Positions 22,038 to 33,876 of a stretch of 47,463 bases of DNA are shown in pieces. The first letter of the stretch is position 1; each line of letters begins with the position of its first letter. Below the pieces are notes generated by a model, which made no database searches, was not told the origin of the DNA, and saw nothing but the letters and a program-made list of their open reading frames with translations. The position numbers and the translations under genes were made by a program. This DNA is from Basidiobolus ranarum (lineage: Eukaryota): positions 1 to 47,463 of the forward strand of contig JASJQH010006897.1 in assembly GCA_040143965.1 (NCBI GenBank). Reading direction: 5' to 3'.

Positions 22038-24566
22038 ATGAGTATCGCACAACAGGAGTGGGCCATCCTTTTAGGAAACGAAATCGAAAACGTTCAAGAA
22101 CCTTTAGATTCCCTTGTAAGCAACCTTATTAAGGGAAATTATAAAGAGGTTTTAACTTCGGAAGGAGCAAAGTTATTCTTTGGAACCGATGCATCCCTCG
22201 AGCAACTTGGTGAAAATGCCCAATTCTTGGCGAATGGTGATCTTGCCTCCTATATTACCATTAGAGTAGATCAATACATGAAGGAACATGTTGAGGATTC
22301 TGTACTTGGAACCAAAAAGCAATTGGAACTTTTATGTTATGGTATTGCTTGTTTGAACTCTTTCGTTCAAGCTGGCTGGACTGGGCCGCTTCTTTCCTTA
22401 GAGGCCCACGAGATTTTACCTCTTGGCTGCCGCGATCAACTTCCAGCATATAATAAGGCCGCATTACAAGCTTTATCCAGCGACAGTGAGGATGTTTATC
22501 ATTTAACACCTCAGCTGCTTTATCTGTGGTATGCTGTAACTTTATTAGCTAAAGTCGGTAAAGTCTATTTTACCAATCTAAGCTCAGCGGAGTGGTGGGG
22601 TTATCGTGCCCTGTTTATTCAGCAAAAGATTCTCGATAATGGATCAGCTACTTTGCACGATGAGATTTATGCATTCCTTGACGCAATCGAAAATAAGTTA
22701 CCTTCTGACGACGCTGTACTCAATGCTAAGCTATGTGCCAGATATCGTGTTGAACAAGGTATCGTCTCCCATTATTATCGCCACGACCAAAAGGCTTTTG
22801 ATCGCTTCAAACAAGCTCAAGAGGTTACTGGCTTGAAATGGGAGTTGACAGGTGCGCTTGGTAAACGTACCAAGTTCCAGACCTTTGATGTGTCACAACT
22901 TGTATTGTTGGCTAAGAGTGCCGAAGAGGAGACTAACACTACTGGCAGTGCTCCTGAGACACTGGCTTTGAATGATGACACTCTTCTGGAATCAATTGAA
23001 TTCACCAATCCTGATGAGGCTACAGGAAAACAAGGCAATCTCAAGGTCATAGATCAATGCATTCTCTTGGCTTTCTGCTTAAATGTGAAGAACTCTAACC
23101 CTGCCAATGGTATCACCAACGAACAAATGTTCCCATATGTTACTCGTGTACTTGAAAACCCAAACAACTGGATGGTGCACACTATGGGGCTTGTACTCCG
23201 CACAAGATTGGAGTCCAATAAGTCACGTACAGTTGAGCGCTCTGCTTTCCAGTTACAAGCATTGGTGGATCAAATCCCCTTGGAGGAATCAAGCGTCACT
23301 GAAAGATTAGAATACTTCTATGCTCTTGATATTCCTTCCAAATGGGAATTAGAAAAGGAGCTGGCCGAAAGATTCATGTCTTTGGGAGTAATCCGTAGTG
23401 CGTTAGAGATCTTTGAAAGGTTGGAATTATGGGAAGAGATCATCCAATGCTACGGAATGTTGGAGAAGGTCGAGAAAGCAGAAACCATCATTCAGGAGAG
23501 ATTATCAATTGAACCCAACTCACCCAAATTATATTGTATTTTGGGTGATCTAAAGAAAGAGCCAGCTCAATGGGAAAAGGCTTGGGAGATCTCTGGAGGA
23601 CGCTATGCTCGTGCTATGCGCTCTCTTGGTAGTTACTACTTTAAACATGGCCAATTTGCTAAAGCAATGAAATCTTACCAAAATGCTTTGGTTATCAATC
23701 CTTTGTTTGAAAATTCTTGGTTCATCTGTGGTTGTTCCGCTATGCAAATCGAGGAGTGGGACGTGTCTATTCAAGCTTTTACTCGTTGCGTTTCTTTAGA
23801 TAACGAAAATGGTGAAGCCTGGAACAATCTTGCATCCGTTTACTTGCGCCAACACAAAAAGATCGAAGCCTATCAAGCTCTTCAACAAGGTCTTCGACTC
23901 AAATTTGACAGTTGGAAGATTTGGACTAATTACCTGTACGTATGCGTTGATATTGGAAGCTTCAGCGAGGCGATTCGAGCCTATCAACGTGTTATCGATC
24001 TACGTTGGGAGAAGGATGGTGAAAGCTGCGTTGACGTTGAAGTATTGAGAATTATCGTGAGCGCCTGCACTAGAGATGTGAATGATTTCTTCAATCAACC
24101 AGTGTCGAAGTTGGCCAACCGTATTGAATCCTTGTTGATAGATACCATTACCTCTAGAATTACACAGAACCTATTCGTTTGGAATATCGTTGCTGATTTC
24201 TACTTCTGGAAGGGTGACTACGGTAAATGTCTTGATTGCCATATCAAGGCTTATCGTACCGTGTTACATCAACAATCTTTGGAGACCGATGAGAAGGTAT
24301 TCAAGAGTGTGGCCGAGGCTGCCTTGGATTTGGTTGATTGGTATCGCAATCTAGGTTCTAAGTCTGTGTGTGTTCCTATCGATGCCGAATGCGACGATGG
24401 AGTTGTACCCAAGAAGAGAATTGATGGGGAAGTTGTTTGTAAAGACTGGAAATATCAAGCTAAAATGTTACTTAGAAGTTTGATTGGCCGTACAAGGGAT
24501 ATGTTCGAAGGCACGGAGACCCATGACCGACTTGTTGAAGAGTTGAAGGAATTGAATTCAGCATAA
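22038..24566 (+). CDS. EMW1: TPR protein Emw1/TTC27, intronless
   Basis: LTGALGKRTKFQ, LALNDDTLLE, NWMVHTMGLVLRTRLE..RTVERS and multiple TPR repeats (EAWNNLAS, WKIWTNY). Confidence 0.9.
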   Translation: MSIAQQEWAILLGNEIENVQEPLDSLVSNLIKGNYKEVLTSEGAKLFFGTDASLEQLGENAQFLANGDLASYITIRVDQYMKEHVEDSVLGTKKQLELLCYGIACLNSFVQAGWTGPLLSLEAHEILPLGCRDQLPAYNKAALQALSSDSEDVYHLTPQLLYLWYAVTLLAKVGKVYFTNLSSAEWWGYRALFIQQKILDNGSATLHDEIYAFLDAIENKLPSDDAVLNAKLCARYRVEQGIVSHYYRHDQKAFDRFKQAQEVTGLKWELTGALGKRTKFQTFDVSQLVLLAKSAEEETNTTGSAPETLALNDDTLLESIEFTNPDEATGKQGNLKVIDQCILLAFCLNVKNSNPANGITNEQMFPYVTRVLENPNNWMVHTMGLVLRTRLESNKSRTVERSAFQLQALVDQIPLEESSVTERLEYFYALDIPSKWELEKELAERFMSLGVIRSALEIFERLELWEEIIQCYGMLEKVEKAETIIQERLSIEPNSPKLYCILGDLKKEPAQWEKAWEISGGRYARAMRSLGSYYFKHGQFAKAMKSYQNALVINPLFENSWFICGCSAMQIEEWDVSIQAFTRCVSLDNENGEAWNNLASVYLRQHKKIEAYQALQQGLRLKFDSWKIWTNYLYVCVDIGSFSEAIRAYQRVIDLRWEKDGESCVDVEVLRIIVSACTRDVNDFFNQPVSKLANRIESLLIDTITSRITQNLFVWNIVADFYFWKGDYGKCLDCHIKAYRTVLHQQSLETDEKVFKSVAEAALDLVDWYRNLGSKSVCVPIDAECDDGVVPKKRIDGEVVCKDWKYQAKMLLRSLIGRTRDMFEGTETHDRLVEELKELNSA

Positions 24567-24942
24567 ATAGTTGAATGCTAACATGACCTACGCTTACTAT
24601 TTGCGTTTCTTTTTCATTCGTGGAAGTTAGTTTAGAGGGATGGTAATTTTTGTCTTTTCATTTTGTAGCATTGAGAAGAGTATGAGTCTCCCGTATTACT
24701 GTACATTATTAAGCATTCGAAAAAGGAATCTTTATTAATCTTCATAACAATAAACATTTCTTGCTTTTATGAGTAAAACGAATCAGATTTGTTGGTTTTA
24801 GGTTTATCCATAGCATGGTGACTGTCTTTGCTGATTATCATGTCATATGATTGGCATATATCAACAGGCCATCCATTCAAAAACGAAATTTGAGAACTAT
24901 TACATGTGTTTCATGTCGAGTTTCTAATAAAGCGGTGAAGTT

Positions 24943-27900
24943 ATGAATGTTGTACGACTAGGGCATCTTAAAGGCGTATCAAGAAGTTCAGTGCATTCAA
25001 TATGCGATTCTCACTTTGGCTTCAGGTTTCCGCCCCGCTACATTTACCTAAAAATTCGATTGAAAAGTGATACCACAAAGTCCAAAATCTCAGGTAATAT
25101 CCAAATTACTAGAGTACTATCTGATTTTTCTTTCTTTGCATATATGTCATTCGAAAGTTCATACTGATGGGTTCGAATTTTGAAGAGGTCCCTCGAAATG
25201 AGCTTGGTATTCAAATGCTGAATCCTCATCTGAAGCAACAAATTTTTCCAGAAGCGAAGTGTTCAGTCCCCGAGATAAAGGTTGCCATTGCCGTCGAACA
25301 TTTGAAACGTCAAAATATTTGGGGAAATGAGGCACCATCGGTTCCAAATTCAAGTTTCAATCTACCGCCTTTGATGGGAGCAAATATCGAAGAGCACTTT
25401 AAGTTGTTGGGGCAAGAGCAATCTGAACCATATCTAACTTATGCAAAATTCTGGGCCAAGTCTGCAAGTTTACCACCAAGACCAACTGATTGGAAATTTG
25501 TTTCCGGTTGGACCAAATACTGCCCAGATGGAAATGTGACACCTGTAGAGTACCCTCAGGATAGTTTGGTTATTTTTGATATCGAAACATTAGTATCTGA
25601 AAGCGATTACCCTTTGTTTGCTATAGCTGTGGGTTCATCAGGTTGGTACGCCTGGATATCTCCAAGACTAACCGGTGAGAGTGGGGATATTAATCATCTT
25701 ATTCCTATGGGAGATACTGCTAAAGTTATTGTTGGACATAATGTTGGTTTTGACCGGGCAAGAATCTTAGAAGAATATCACAGACAGGGTTCGAAAAATG
25801 TATACCTAGATACTATGTCTTTTCACATCGCAGTAGGAGGCTTATCCAGTCACCAAAGGCTCAATGCTAAAGGGATGGAGAAGAAAGATGAAGAAAATTT
25901 GAAGAACGAACAAACTGGCATGGGCTCTATTAATCGATTATCTGAAGTGGCAAAACTCTATTGTGGAATCGAACTTGATAAATCTCCGAGGGATCTCTTG
26001 ATTAACGGAAATATTGAAGAGATCCGAAATGAGATCTCCTCACTGATGAATTACTGCGCAAATGATACTGCAGCAACCCATGAGGTGTTTAAGAAGGTAT
26101 TTCCAAGATTCCTTCAAAAATGCCCACACCCAGTCTCATTCGCTGGGATAATTCACATGGGCAGCTCATTTTTAACAGTAAATAGAAGTTGGGATAGTTA
26201 CATTGAGAGATCCGAGAAGACTTACAATGATATGTCAACGAGCATCGAAAAGAAACTCAAAGACCTAGCTTCATCTGCCCTGAAGACTTTGGATGATAAT
26301 TCCTATTCAGACGACGACTGGCTGAAACATCTCGACTGGACTGTTGTACCATTAAAAATGACCAAGCCTAAGTATAAGAAAGATGGAACTTATGCCAAGA
26401 ATGGCGAGCCCCGTCCATATAGTCATCAGTTACTCCCTGGTTTTCCTGAATGGTACAAGTCTTGTTACGATCAGAAAACAAATGATCTACGTATTACTAC
26501 ACGTTCTCGTATTACCCCCTATTTGCTGAAGTTGCAGTGGCGGGGCTATCCTGTGTATTATTCGAAAGGAAATGGTTGGACGTTTCGTGTCCCAAAAGAT
26601 GTGGACATTGGCGGCAGTGTTAAACCATGTAGCTTCACAGAGGACACATCAGATCCTAACTACGAGGAATTTCCTGTTTGTGATGCAAATGGGAAATACT
26701 ACCGTATTCCTCACAAAGATGGTGAACAAGCCAAATGTGGTAACCCTTTAAGCAAAGGGTACATCAATGCCTTTGAAGGTAGAACTTTATCATCGGAGTA
26801 TCCGGCTGCAAGGGAAGCTTTAAATATGAATGCTATGTGTTCTTATTGGATCAGTACTCGAGATCGTATTCGTTCTCAATTTGTCGTTTGGAGCCAAGAG
26901 AAAGAGAAGGTTGGCAACTTGGGATTTGCAGAGCAAGAGCCGGCTAACGAAGTTGGAATAATTCTGCCACAGATCGCGACAATGGGAACAATCACTCGCA
27001 GGGCTGTAGAACCTACTTGGTTGACTGCAAGCAATGCTAAAAAGAACCGCATTGGATCCGAATTAAAATCAATGGTCAAAGCACCTCTCGGATATTTGAT
27101 AGTAGGTGCAGACGTAGATTCTGAAGAGCTCTGGATCTCTAGCCTAATAGGTGATGGCCAATTTGGACTTCACGGTGCTACAGCTTTCGGATGGATGACT
27201 CTCCAAGGAACGAAATCTCAAGGAACAGACCTTCATTCGAAAACTGCTTCTATAATGGGTATCAACCGTGATCAAGCAAAGATATTTAATTATGGCCGTA
27301 TTTATGGGGCTGGTTTGAGATTTGCAACACAGCTGTTGTTGCAATGTAATCCCGATATGGAGGAGAAAACCGCGATCGATCGCTCCACTGCCCTGTATAA
27401 TGCCACCAAAGGTGTCAAAGAGAAGAGTTTGGAGTATTTTGGAAATCCTTTCTGGCATGGAGGGAGCGAAAGCTATATGTTTAATTGCTTAGAAAAAATC
27501 GCCACATCTATGAGTCCTACTACACCAGCACTTAACTGTACCATTCCCGATACTTTACTCCCTAAGAACGTTGATAATCAGGTATTTAATCTGTCACCGA
27601 CAATTACATTAGCTTACTTTAACGAGTATTAGTTTATGAAATCAAGAATCAATTGGGTGGTTCAATCTTCTGGTGTAGACTATCTCCATTTACTCCTCGT
27701 CTCAATGAAGCATTTGATAGACAAATACGATATCGACGCACGTTTCATGATCTCGGTTCATGATGAAATTCGGTACTTGGTAAAGGAAGAAGATCAATAT
27801 AGAGCAGCGCTCGCCATGCAAATCAGTAATCTCTGGACTCGTTCTCTTTTCAGTTATAAAGTTGGGATACAAGATTTACCACAGGTAACTCTATCTTAAT

Positions 27901-28300
27901 ATTCTAGCCAACTGTACTCTGATTTGGAAGTGTTTGTTTTTAGTCAGTGGCATTCTTCTCGTGTGTTGATATAGATCGTGTTCTTCGCAAGGAACCAAAT
28001 ATGGACTGTGTAACACCCTCTAATCCTGAGCCAGTATCACATGGACGTCAATATACTATAGAGGATATTCTCAAAGTGACAAACCATGGGCAACTCAGCA
28101 AGACCAATCAAGAAGTCGTCGAGAAGAACCGCTCAGATATCCCTTCACGCATTAACTTACAGTTTGAAGAGTATTTCGATGAGAAATATTTGGAAGCTCA
28201 AATGTATACAGACATTAGTGACATCCAAAGGGTATTATCTGGACAGCCTAATACATTTATCGAAGAAAACCTTCGTGAGACTAAAAGATATTCAATCTAA
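24943..28300 (+). CDS. MIP1: Mitochondrial DNA polymerase gamma catalytic subunit, 4 exons
   Basis: Exon 1 (24943-25093) is an R/S-rich presequence-like segment joined in frame through intron 25094-25185. Exo I FDIET, Exo [14 protein letters not shown], Exo III YCAND; Pol [11 protein letters not shown], Pol [14 protein letters not shown], Pol C SVHDEIRY. Further introns at 27582-27632 and 27884-27943. Confidence 0.96.
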
Positions 28301-28802
28301 ACTGTTCAGAAGACACAATCACATCTGGATGCTTAGTTACCCTTTCGACCCTACATCCTCAGACTAATCCAGAACATCACGACAACCAACCACTCTAAAC
28401 GAATTCATTTATTTATCCGCCCCGTTACAGATTAAACCCCTTCAAAAGTTGAATCAAGTTAATTGATAGGATTGAGACAATTGTTACAAAAGAATCATTA
28501 TCTGTAGGTGCTATTTTATTTTATCACCTCAAGGGGAGACTATTAAAGCTAAATTCCGCTAGGCTTAGCTCGATTTCTTTCGTAAAATACATATCCAGAA
28601 TCTCGCGTTAGCCCAGAACTCAGCCATTAAGTTCATAACACTTCTCAGAGTCTAGATTTTCAACAATTTCTGGTATCTTTATTTCCAAATATTCTTTGGG
28701 TGTGATTCCTTTCTAGTTGAAAGAGATCTACTAAAGCTAGGCCTCACAACTGGTTGATTTTTAGCAATTTTACCAGATCCTGCACCATAAAAAAGCATCG
28801 AT

Positions 28803-29807
28803 ATGGCTCCACCATTCTATCGTCCCTCTGGAGACTTTTCTGAACTCGAAACAATAGCACAATGGATTAATATTGCATCATTAGCTACCTGTAGCTTTGT
28901 GGCAGTGAATTTCACTCTAGTGTTTATCACTCGACGTCATTTAGTTGATCGATTTTCTGGCCGCATGATACTTAGATTCTGCATAGCCGATGCCTTGGTT
29001 GCTGTCAGTAGCCTACTAAGCGGAAAGTTTACCACAACTCCCGGATGTACTATCTTTAATGGGCTTGGTCAATTTGGCACGCTTATTTCAACACTATTGA
29101 CAGTTGTTCTGGTTAATAACCTACGGGTGGTGTTGGTTGGAGGAAAACGTAATGCACCTAGTCATGAACGAGTGTATGTAATAATATCTATATTAATCTC
29201 GCTACTTGTGACACTGCCACCGACTGCATTTGGCTGGGTTAATGGAGTATGCGTTGGCTACGAAGTGATCAGTTCATTCCCGATGAACCTAGTGTCCATT
29301 TACCTCACATATTTCCTCTGGATCGCAGTAGCTATAATATATTCGATAGTTGCTATACCACTTATTTTGATGCGTCGTCGTAAAAGATCTCGTTTGTTAC
29401 CAGTCACCAATGCTAGCTCAGATTCTTTGAAACTTGGTCTTATAGAAAAATCTAGCAAAGGATCTCTGTCTATAGCCGAACAAGAAATTCGTGGCACCGT
29501 GCGTAGAGGGATATGCTACGCCTGTGCACTGCTCGTAACCCAACTACCAGCCCTAATATTTGTCACCCTTCATGCCATATCTATATACGCACCAGAACCG
29601 AAGCCCTTGATATATATTATGTACACTACAACTCCAATGTTAGGACTACTTCATTTCATTATCTTTCTCTTTGATCCAATCTTTCGGTACACATTTCCGT
29701 TTAGGAACAAGGAAAGTCTTGGGGAACAAGCGTGGCTGTTGGTAGGCGACGTAGCTAGCTTGGAGATGCCCTCAGCAGATAGTATGCAGGTAATGAAGCT
29801 AATTTAG
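28803..29807 (+). CDS. Seven-transmembrane GPCR-like protein (cAMP receptor-like / Git3-like class), intronless
   Basis: Seven hydrophobic segments, TM2 IADAL, Cys at the top of TM3 and in ECL2, basic ICL3 (RRRKRSR), TM7 GLLHFIIFLFDP. Confidence 0.7.
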   Translation: MAPPFYRPSGDFSELETIAQWINIASLATCSFVAVNFTLVFITRRHLVDRFSGRMILRFCIADALVAVSSLLSGKFTTTPGCTIFNGLGQFGTLISTLLTVVLVNNLRVVLVGGKRNAPSHERVYVIISILISLLVTLPPTAFGWVNGVCVGYEVISSFPMNLVSIYLTYFLWIAVAIIYSIVAIPLILMRRRKRSRLLPVTNASSDSLKLGLIEKSSKGSLSIAEQEIRGTVRRGICYACALLVTQLPALIFVTLHAISIYAPEPKPLIYIMYTTTPMLGLLHFIIFLFDPIFRYTFPFRNKESLGEQAWLLVGDVASLEMPSADSMQVMKLI

Positions 29808-30067
29808 TTCATCTGTTTCTTTCATTCATCATGTCTATACTTTTTACAAAATCCACATGTCATCCTGGCTTATTTCTTGCTGTTTATTGATTCATACACT
29901 CGGACCGCTCGAGAAAGATAAGCCACATTCCAATCCCACTTCATATATATTATAGCATTAAAAAGAATACAAAAATGGATACTTACTTGATCATTCTTGA
30001 GACCTCGATCTTTTCCTTACCATGCAAACGCCCATCTTACTTGAATAGCATAGAATTGAACTATTAG

Positions 30068-31047
30068 CTATCTCTGCACTTGATCAGTGAGTTGGACTTT
30101 GTCGCTCCACCCATACCACCTACTTCCAAACTCCAATATCGTTTGAGCTAGATCGTGGATGAATCCACCCCTATTTTTTACGTCGAACCGTATACTTGCC
30201 GGCAATTCTACTTGCAAAGTATCTAATCTATCAACTTTCCAATATTTGTACGTGCTGTAGCCACCTCGATAATACTTTCCACCATTGGGTGAGGTGTATT
30301 GAGATGACGGGACTGCTTTGTATCCCAGAGAGGATAAAAGCCCACCAAATGAACTTTTACCGCGAATTAGATCGGTTATTTTGTTGCTTGGATGCTTGTC
30401 TAGCAAATGGCTAAGACTGAATGGGCCGCTGTATGAGTTCAACCCATTATCAGGAAGATCTAGTTGAGTGCTATTAATGAGATACCCCAATTCAATACAA
30501 TTCTCTGGGTGCCTGTGTCCTGGAGATTTTGATTAGCGTTCTGGTCAAGTACAATCTATGAGAGAAACTTACCATGAATATCCAAGTAAAGTCCAGTTCC
30601 AAATATTCTGTTGACTTCCTCACTGGCTTTTGAAACTTTCTTGTGATACTCCATATAAACAGTGGCAGCTTTTAAACTATCATATGCTTCTTTCCCCGGT
30701 TCTCTATTTACATCCACTTTTGCTCTTCCCAAGTGGCAAATTACAAGGTATGGTCTTTTCCCCAAAGTTCCTAGATAATCGACTAGTTGTCGGGCAATCT
30801 CTTGCGTCTGTAAATCTCCAAGTAACTTAATATTCGGAGATTTCTTTCTTTCTGGAATGTTGACTGGCATTAAATAACCACCATGTGGAGCAGTAATGAT
30901 GATTGGAAAGTTTCCGGGTATAAACTCGACATAATTGCTTCTGTTTCGAAAAGTTGGTTGGGTAGAAATGGCTTCATATTCGCTTGGTACATAGGTGTTA
31001 TTTAAAAAACTGGCAGTTAATAAAAACTGGGAAAACAGCTGCCTCAT
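30068..31047 (-). CDS. N-formylglutamate amidohydrolase-like zinc hydrolase, 2 exons
   Basis: PIIITAPHGG, DLQT, RAKVDVNR, EYH, LDIHG|HRH (intron 30572-30520), IELGY, YRGGYST and QVELP motifs. Confidence 0.72.
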
Positions 31048-31580
31048 TGCTTTGTTGTGAGAAACGCGCCCTACGGGTGTCTACCTCGCTCTTGATAGTT
31101 ATGGTTCTATTGATAATATGTGGCTTATGTGGCTATTTTAATGTAATAATTCATGTGTCAAAGCGTTAGTCACAACAACTACTGATCAAATTGCTCGATT
31201 AATGTAAATCAAAGAGTGAAATCATTTTATTATTATTCGAAACTTGGATTTTTTGAATTATATTTTACTTTCATGTTTAAAATAGCTTTTTCTCAATTCC
31301 ATTCATAAATGTTGAAAAAAGATTTCGAAGCTCTTTGAGCATACATCTATTATTGATTTTGGATTTTTTTTCCTCAAGTTCTATGATTTTTTTTGTAATC
31401 TGATCGCAGAAAAGAAAAAAAAGTTTGCTTTGAAAGGGGGGATAGGTAATGATTTTGAATGGAATGGAGGGGGATATTCAATCGAAAGATAGTGTAGATT
31501 GACTCTTGCACCTCACGGGTTTCTTTTTCGAACAAACAGTCGTCGTTTGGTGATCACCTAGTTGCTTAAATTATTTCAAT

Positions 31581-32983
31581 ATGACCCAACTAAAGAATGA
31601 GAGATTAGCTGCTACTGCTTTGGACGTTGAAGGAAGCAAGCCTATTGAAACTGTGCAACTTGATGCTTTGGTACGTTTCTTTGTAGATTTTGGAGTTTGA
31701 CGAGGTTCCCTTTTTTTCTTCTATTTTTTAACGTTTCCCAAACGTATTTTCTATTTAGGTTGCTTTAAAGATCCTTAAGCATTCTCGTGAGAATCACCCT
31801 TCTCCTGTCACCGGTTCCCTTTTGGGTCTTGATGTCAACGGTTTTTTGGAAGTTTCTAACTGCTTCCCATTCCCTTCTTCTTATAGCAACGATGATGCTG
31901 ATGGTAGAAATCTATTATATTAATTTTATCTAGTGAGCGATTCGTTAATCTTTCATATATAGGTGAGCAATACCAACTTGACATGATGAGATGTCTTCGT
32001 GACGTTAATGTCGATAATAACTCTGTTGGATGGTATCAATCTACCTACAGAGGTGCCTTCATGAACCAATCTTTGATCGAAAGACAATATAACTATCAAG
32101 TTAGCTTCGGAAACAAGAGTGTTGTTATCATCCACGGTAATTCTATTAATCTGCTCCTCTATTATTAAAGTGAGCAATCAGTACTAACTTATTTTCCAGA
32201 TGTTGATCGTGCTACCCAAGGTAACGTCTCTCTTCGTGCTTTCAGATTGAGCGAGGCTTTCATGCAAGCCTATAAGGAGAAGAAGTTCACCTCCGAAAAG
32301 TAAGTGATATATATTTTTATGGGTTTATTAAGCACAGAATCTGATACCATATATCTTTTAGCTTGCCTCAATTGAAGTTGAGCTATGATAACATCTTGGA
32401 AGAACTTCCAGTTACCATTCGTAACTCTCACCTTGTTAATGCTATGCTTCATGAAATGGAGGATGTTGATGTTGTCCCTACCGAGACTTTCAGCTCCGAA
32501 TATTTGAAAGAATTCACTGATAAGATTGCCCCTCTTACTCCCAACTTTGACATTCTTGAATTGAGCTTGAATCCTTACGTCGAAAAGAACTTGGAATGCT
32601 TGATCGATAGCATTGAAGAGCATGCTTCCGAACAGGGTAATTTCCAATACTGGCAGCGTAGCGTTGCTAGAGAACAAGTCAAGATCCAACAACACTTGTC
32701 TAAGAGAGTAAGTAGGATTACCTAAGTTAATTGGGAATCAAGAGTACTAACATTGGAATGATTTCCACTTGTTTAGAAAGCTGAAAATGCCGCACGTGTT
32801 GCCGCTGGACAAAAGCCCCTACCTGAAGAAGATATCAACACTTTGTTCAAACTTCCTCAAGAACCATCTAGATTGGAATCTATGTTGATCACCAGCCAAA
32901 TTAACGAATACTGCAAACAAGTTAACCAGTTCTCTGGACCTGCTCTTGGTAAATTATTCTCCGCTGGTGAACTTCAAAAGTAA
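31581..32983 (+). CDS. EIF3H: Translation initiation factor eIF3 subunit H (MPN domain), multi-exon
   Basis: VQLDALVALKILKH..VTGSLLGLD..LEVSNCFPFP, MMRCLRDVNVDNNSVGWYQS, ELPVTIRNSHL, ENAAR..PLPEED and EPSRLESMLI. Confidence 0.93.
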
Positions 32984-33876
32984 TTCCGCTACATGGAGAA
33001 ATGAAATATCTTATTCATAATTGACTTCACTGTCCCTTCTCTCGCCCTCACCCTCACCCCACCCTCTCAATCTGTTACCTTTTTACAAAGAAAAATATAT
33101 CAACAAATTTTCACTCAAAAATCATCGTTTTTTCAATCAGCTTATTATTGATAACAAACCGATCAATTCGTCAGATGACCGGAATGAGTGGCTGTCAATA
33201 AGTATCCCATCACAAGAGAATATTCGTGAGCTAGCGAACTACTTGATTTGATTTAATCAAGAAATTGAAATTATTGCCAGAATAATTGATGATCATTATA
33301 TCCTGAACAATTGCCCAGGCTTATCGATCACTGGATCATCCTGGTGACGGTCTCAGTACCTCACTAATATGTTGATCTACATCGACTTCATGCAGATTGG
33401 CCTACTTTAGTCGAATCTATTTATTCCTTGGGTATTTTTAACTCATGGATCAGTATAGTTGAGGGTGTGCTAAATATTCAATGTTTGAAGTGTTCCTATT
33501 TGTAAATGATATGGTACATCCGTCGAGGATCTGTTTTTGATGTTACCGAAAGCGAAGTACTAGCAGATATTTGTTTTTGGAATTGGACATACAAATGAAA
33601 AAGAGGTCTCTGTTCAATTTTGTTCCTACTTTTTACCTTGTTCAGACCAATATTCCTTGTTCCGAATAATTCTTGAAAGATATCAGTAAAAAGCGAACTG
33701 TCTATACGAACTTACTCTCTTTAACTTTTCTTATCTTTGTCTTGTTTTTTTTTATGCCCAACCGCTTCTCATCTTGTTCAACTTTTTGAATACTCCTTTA
33801 TATTCCCACTGATTATTGTAGAAAAGCTAGATATAAAAAAAGTTTAATACCAGTTACTCCTCTTCATTAATTAGTC

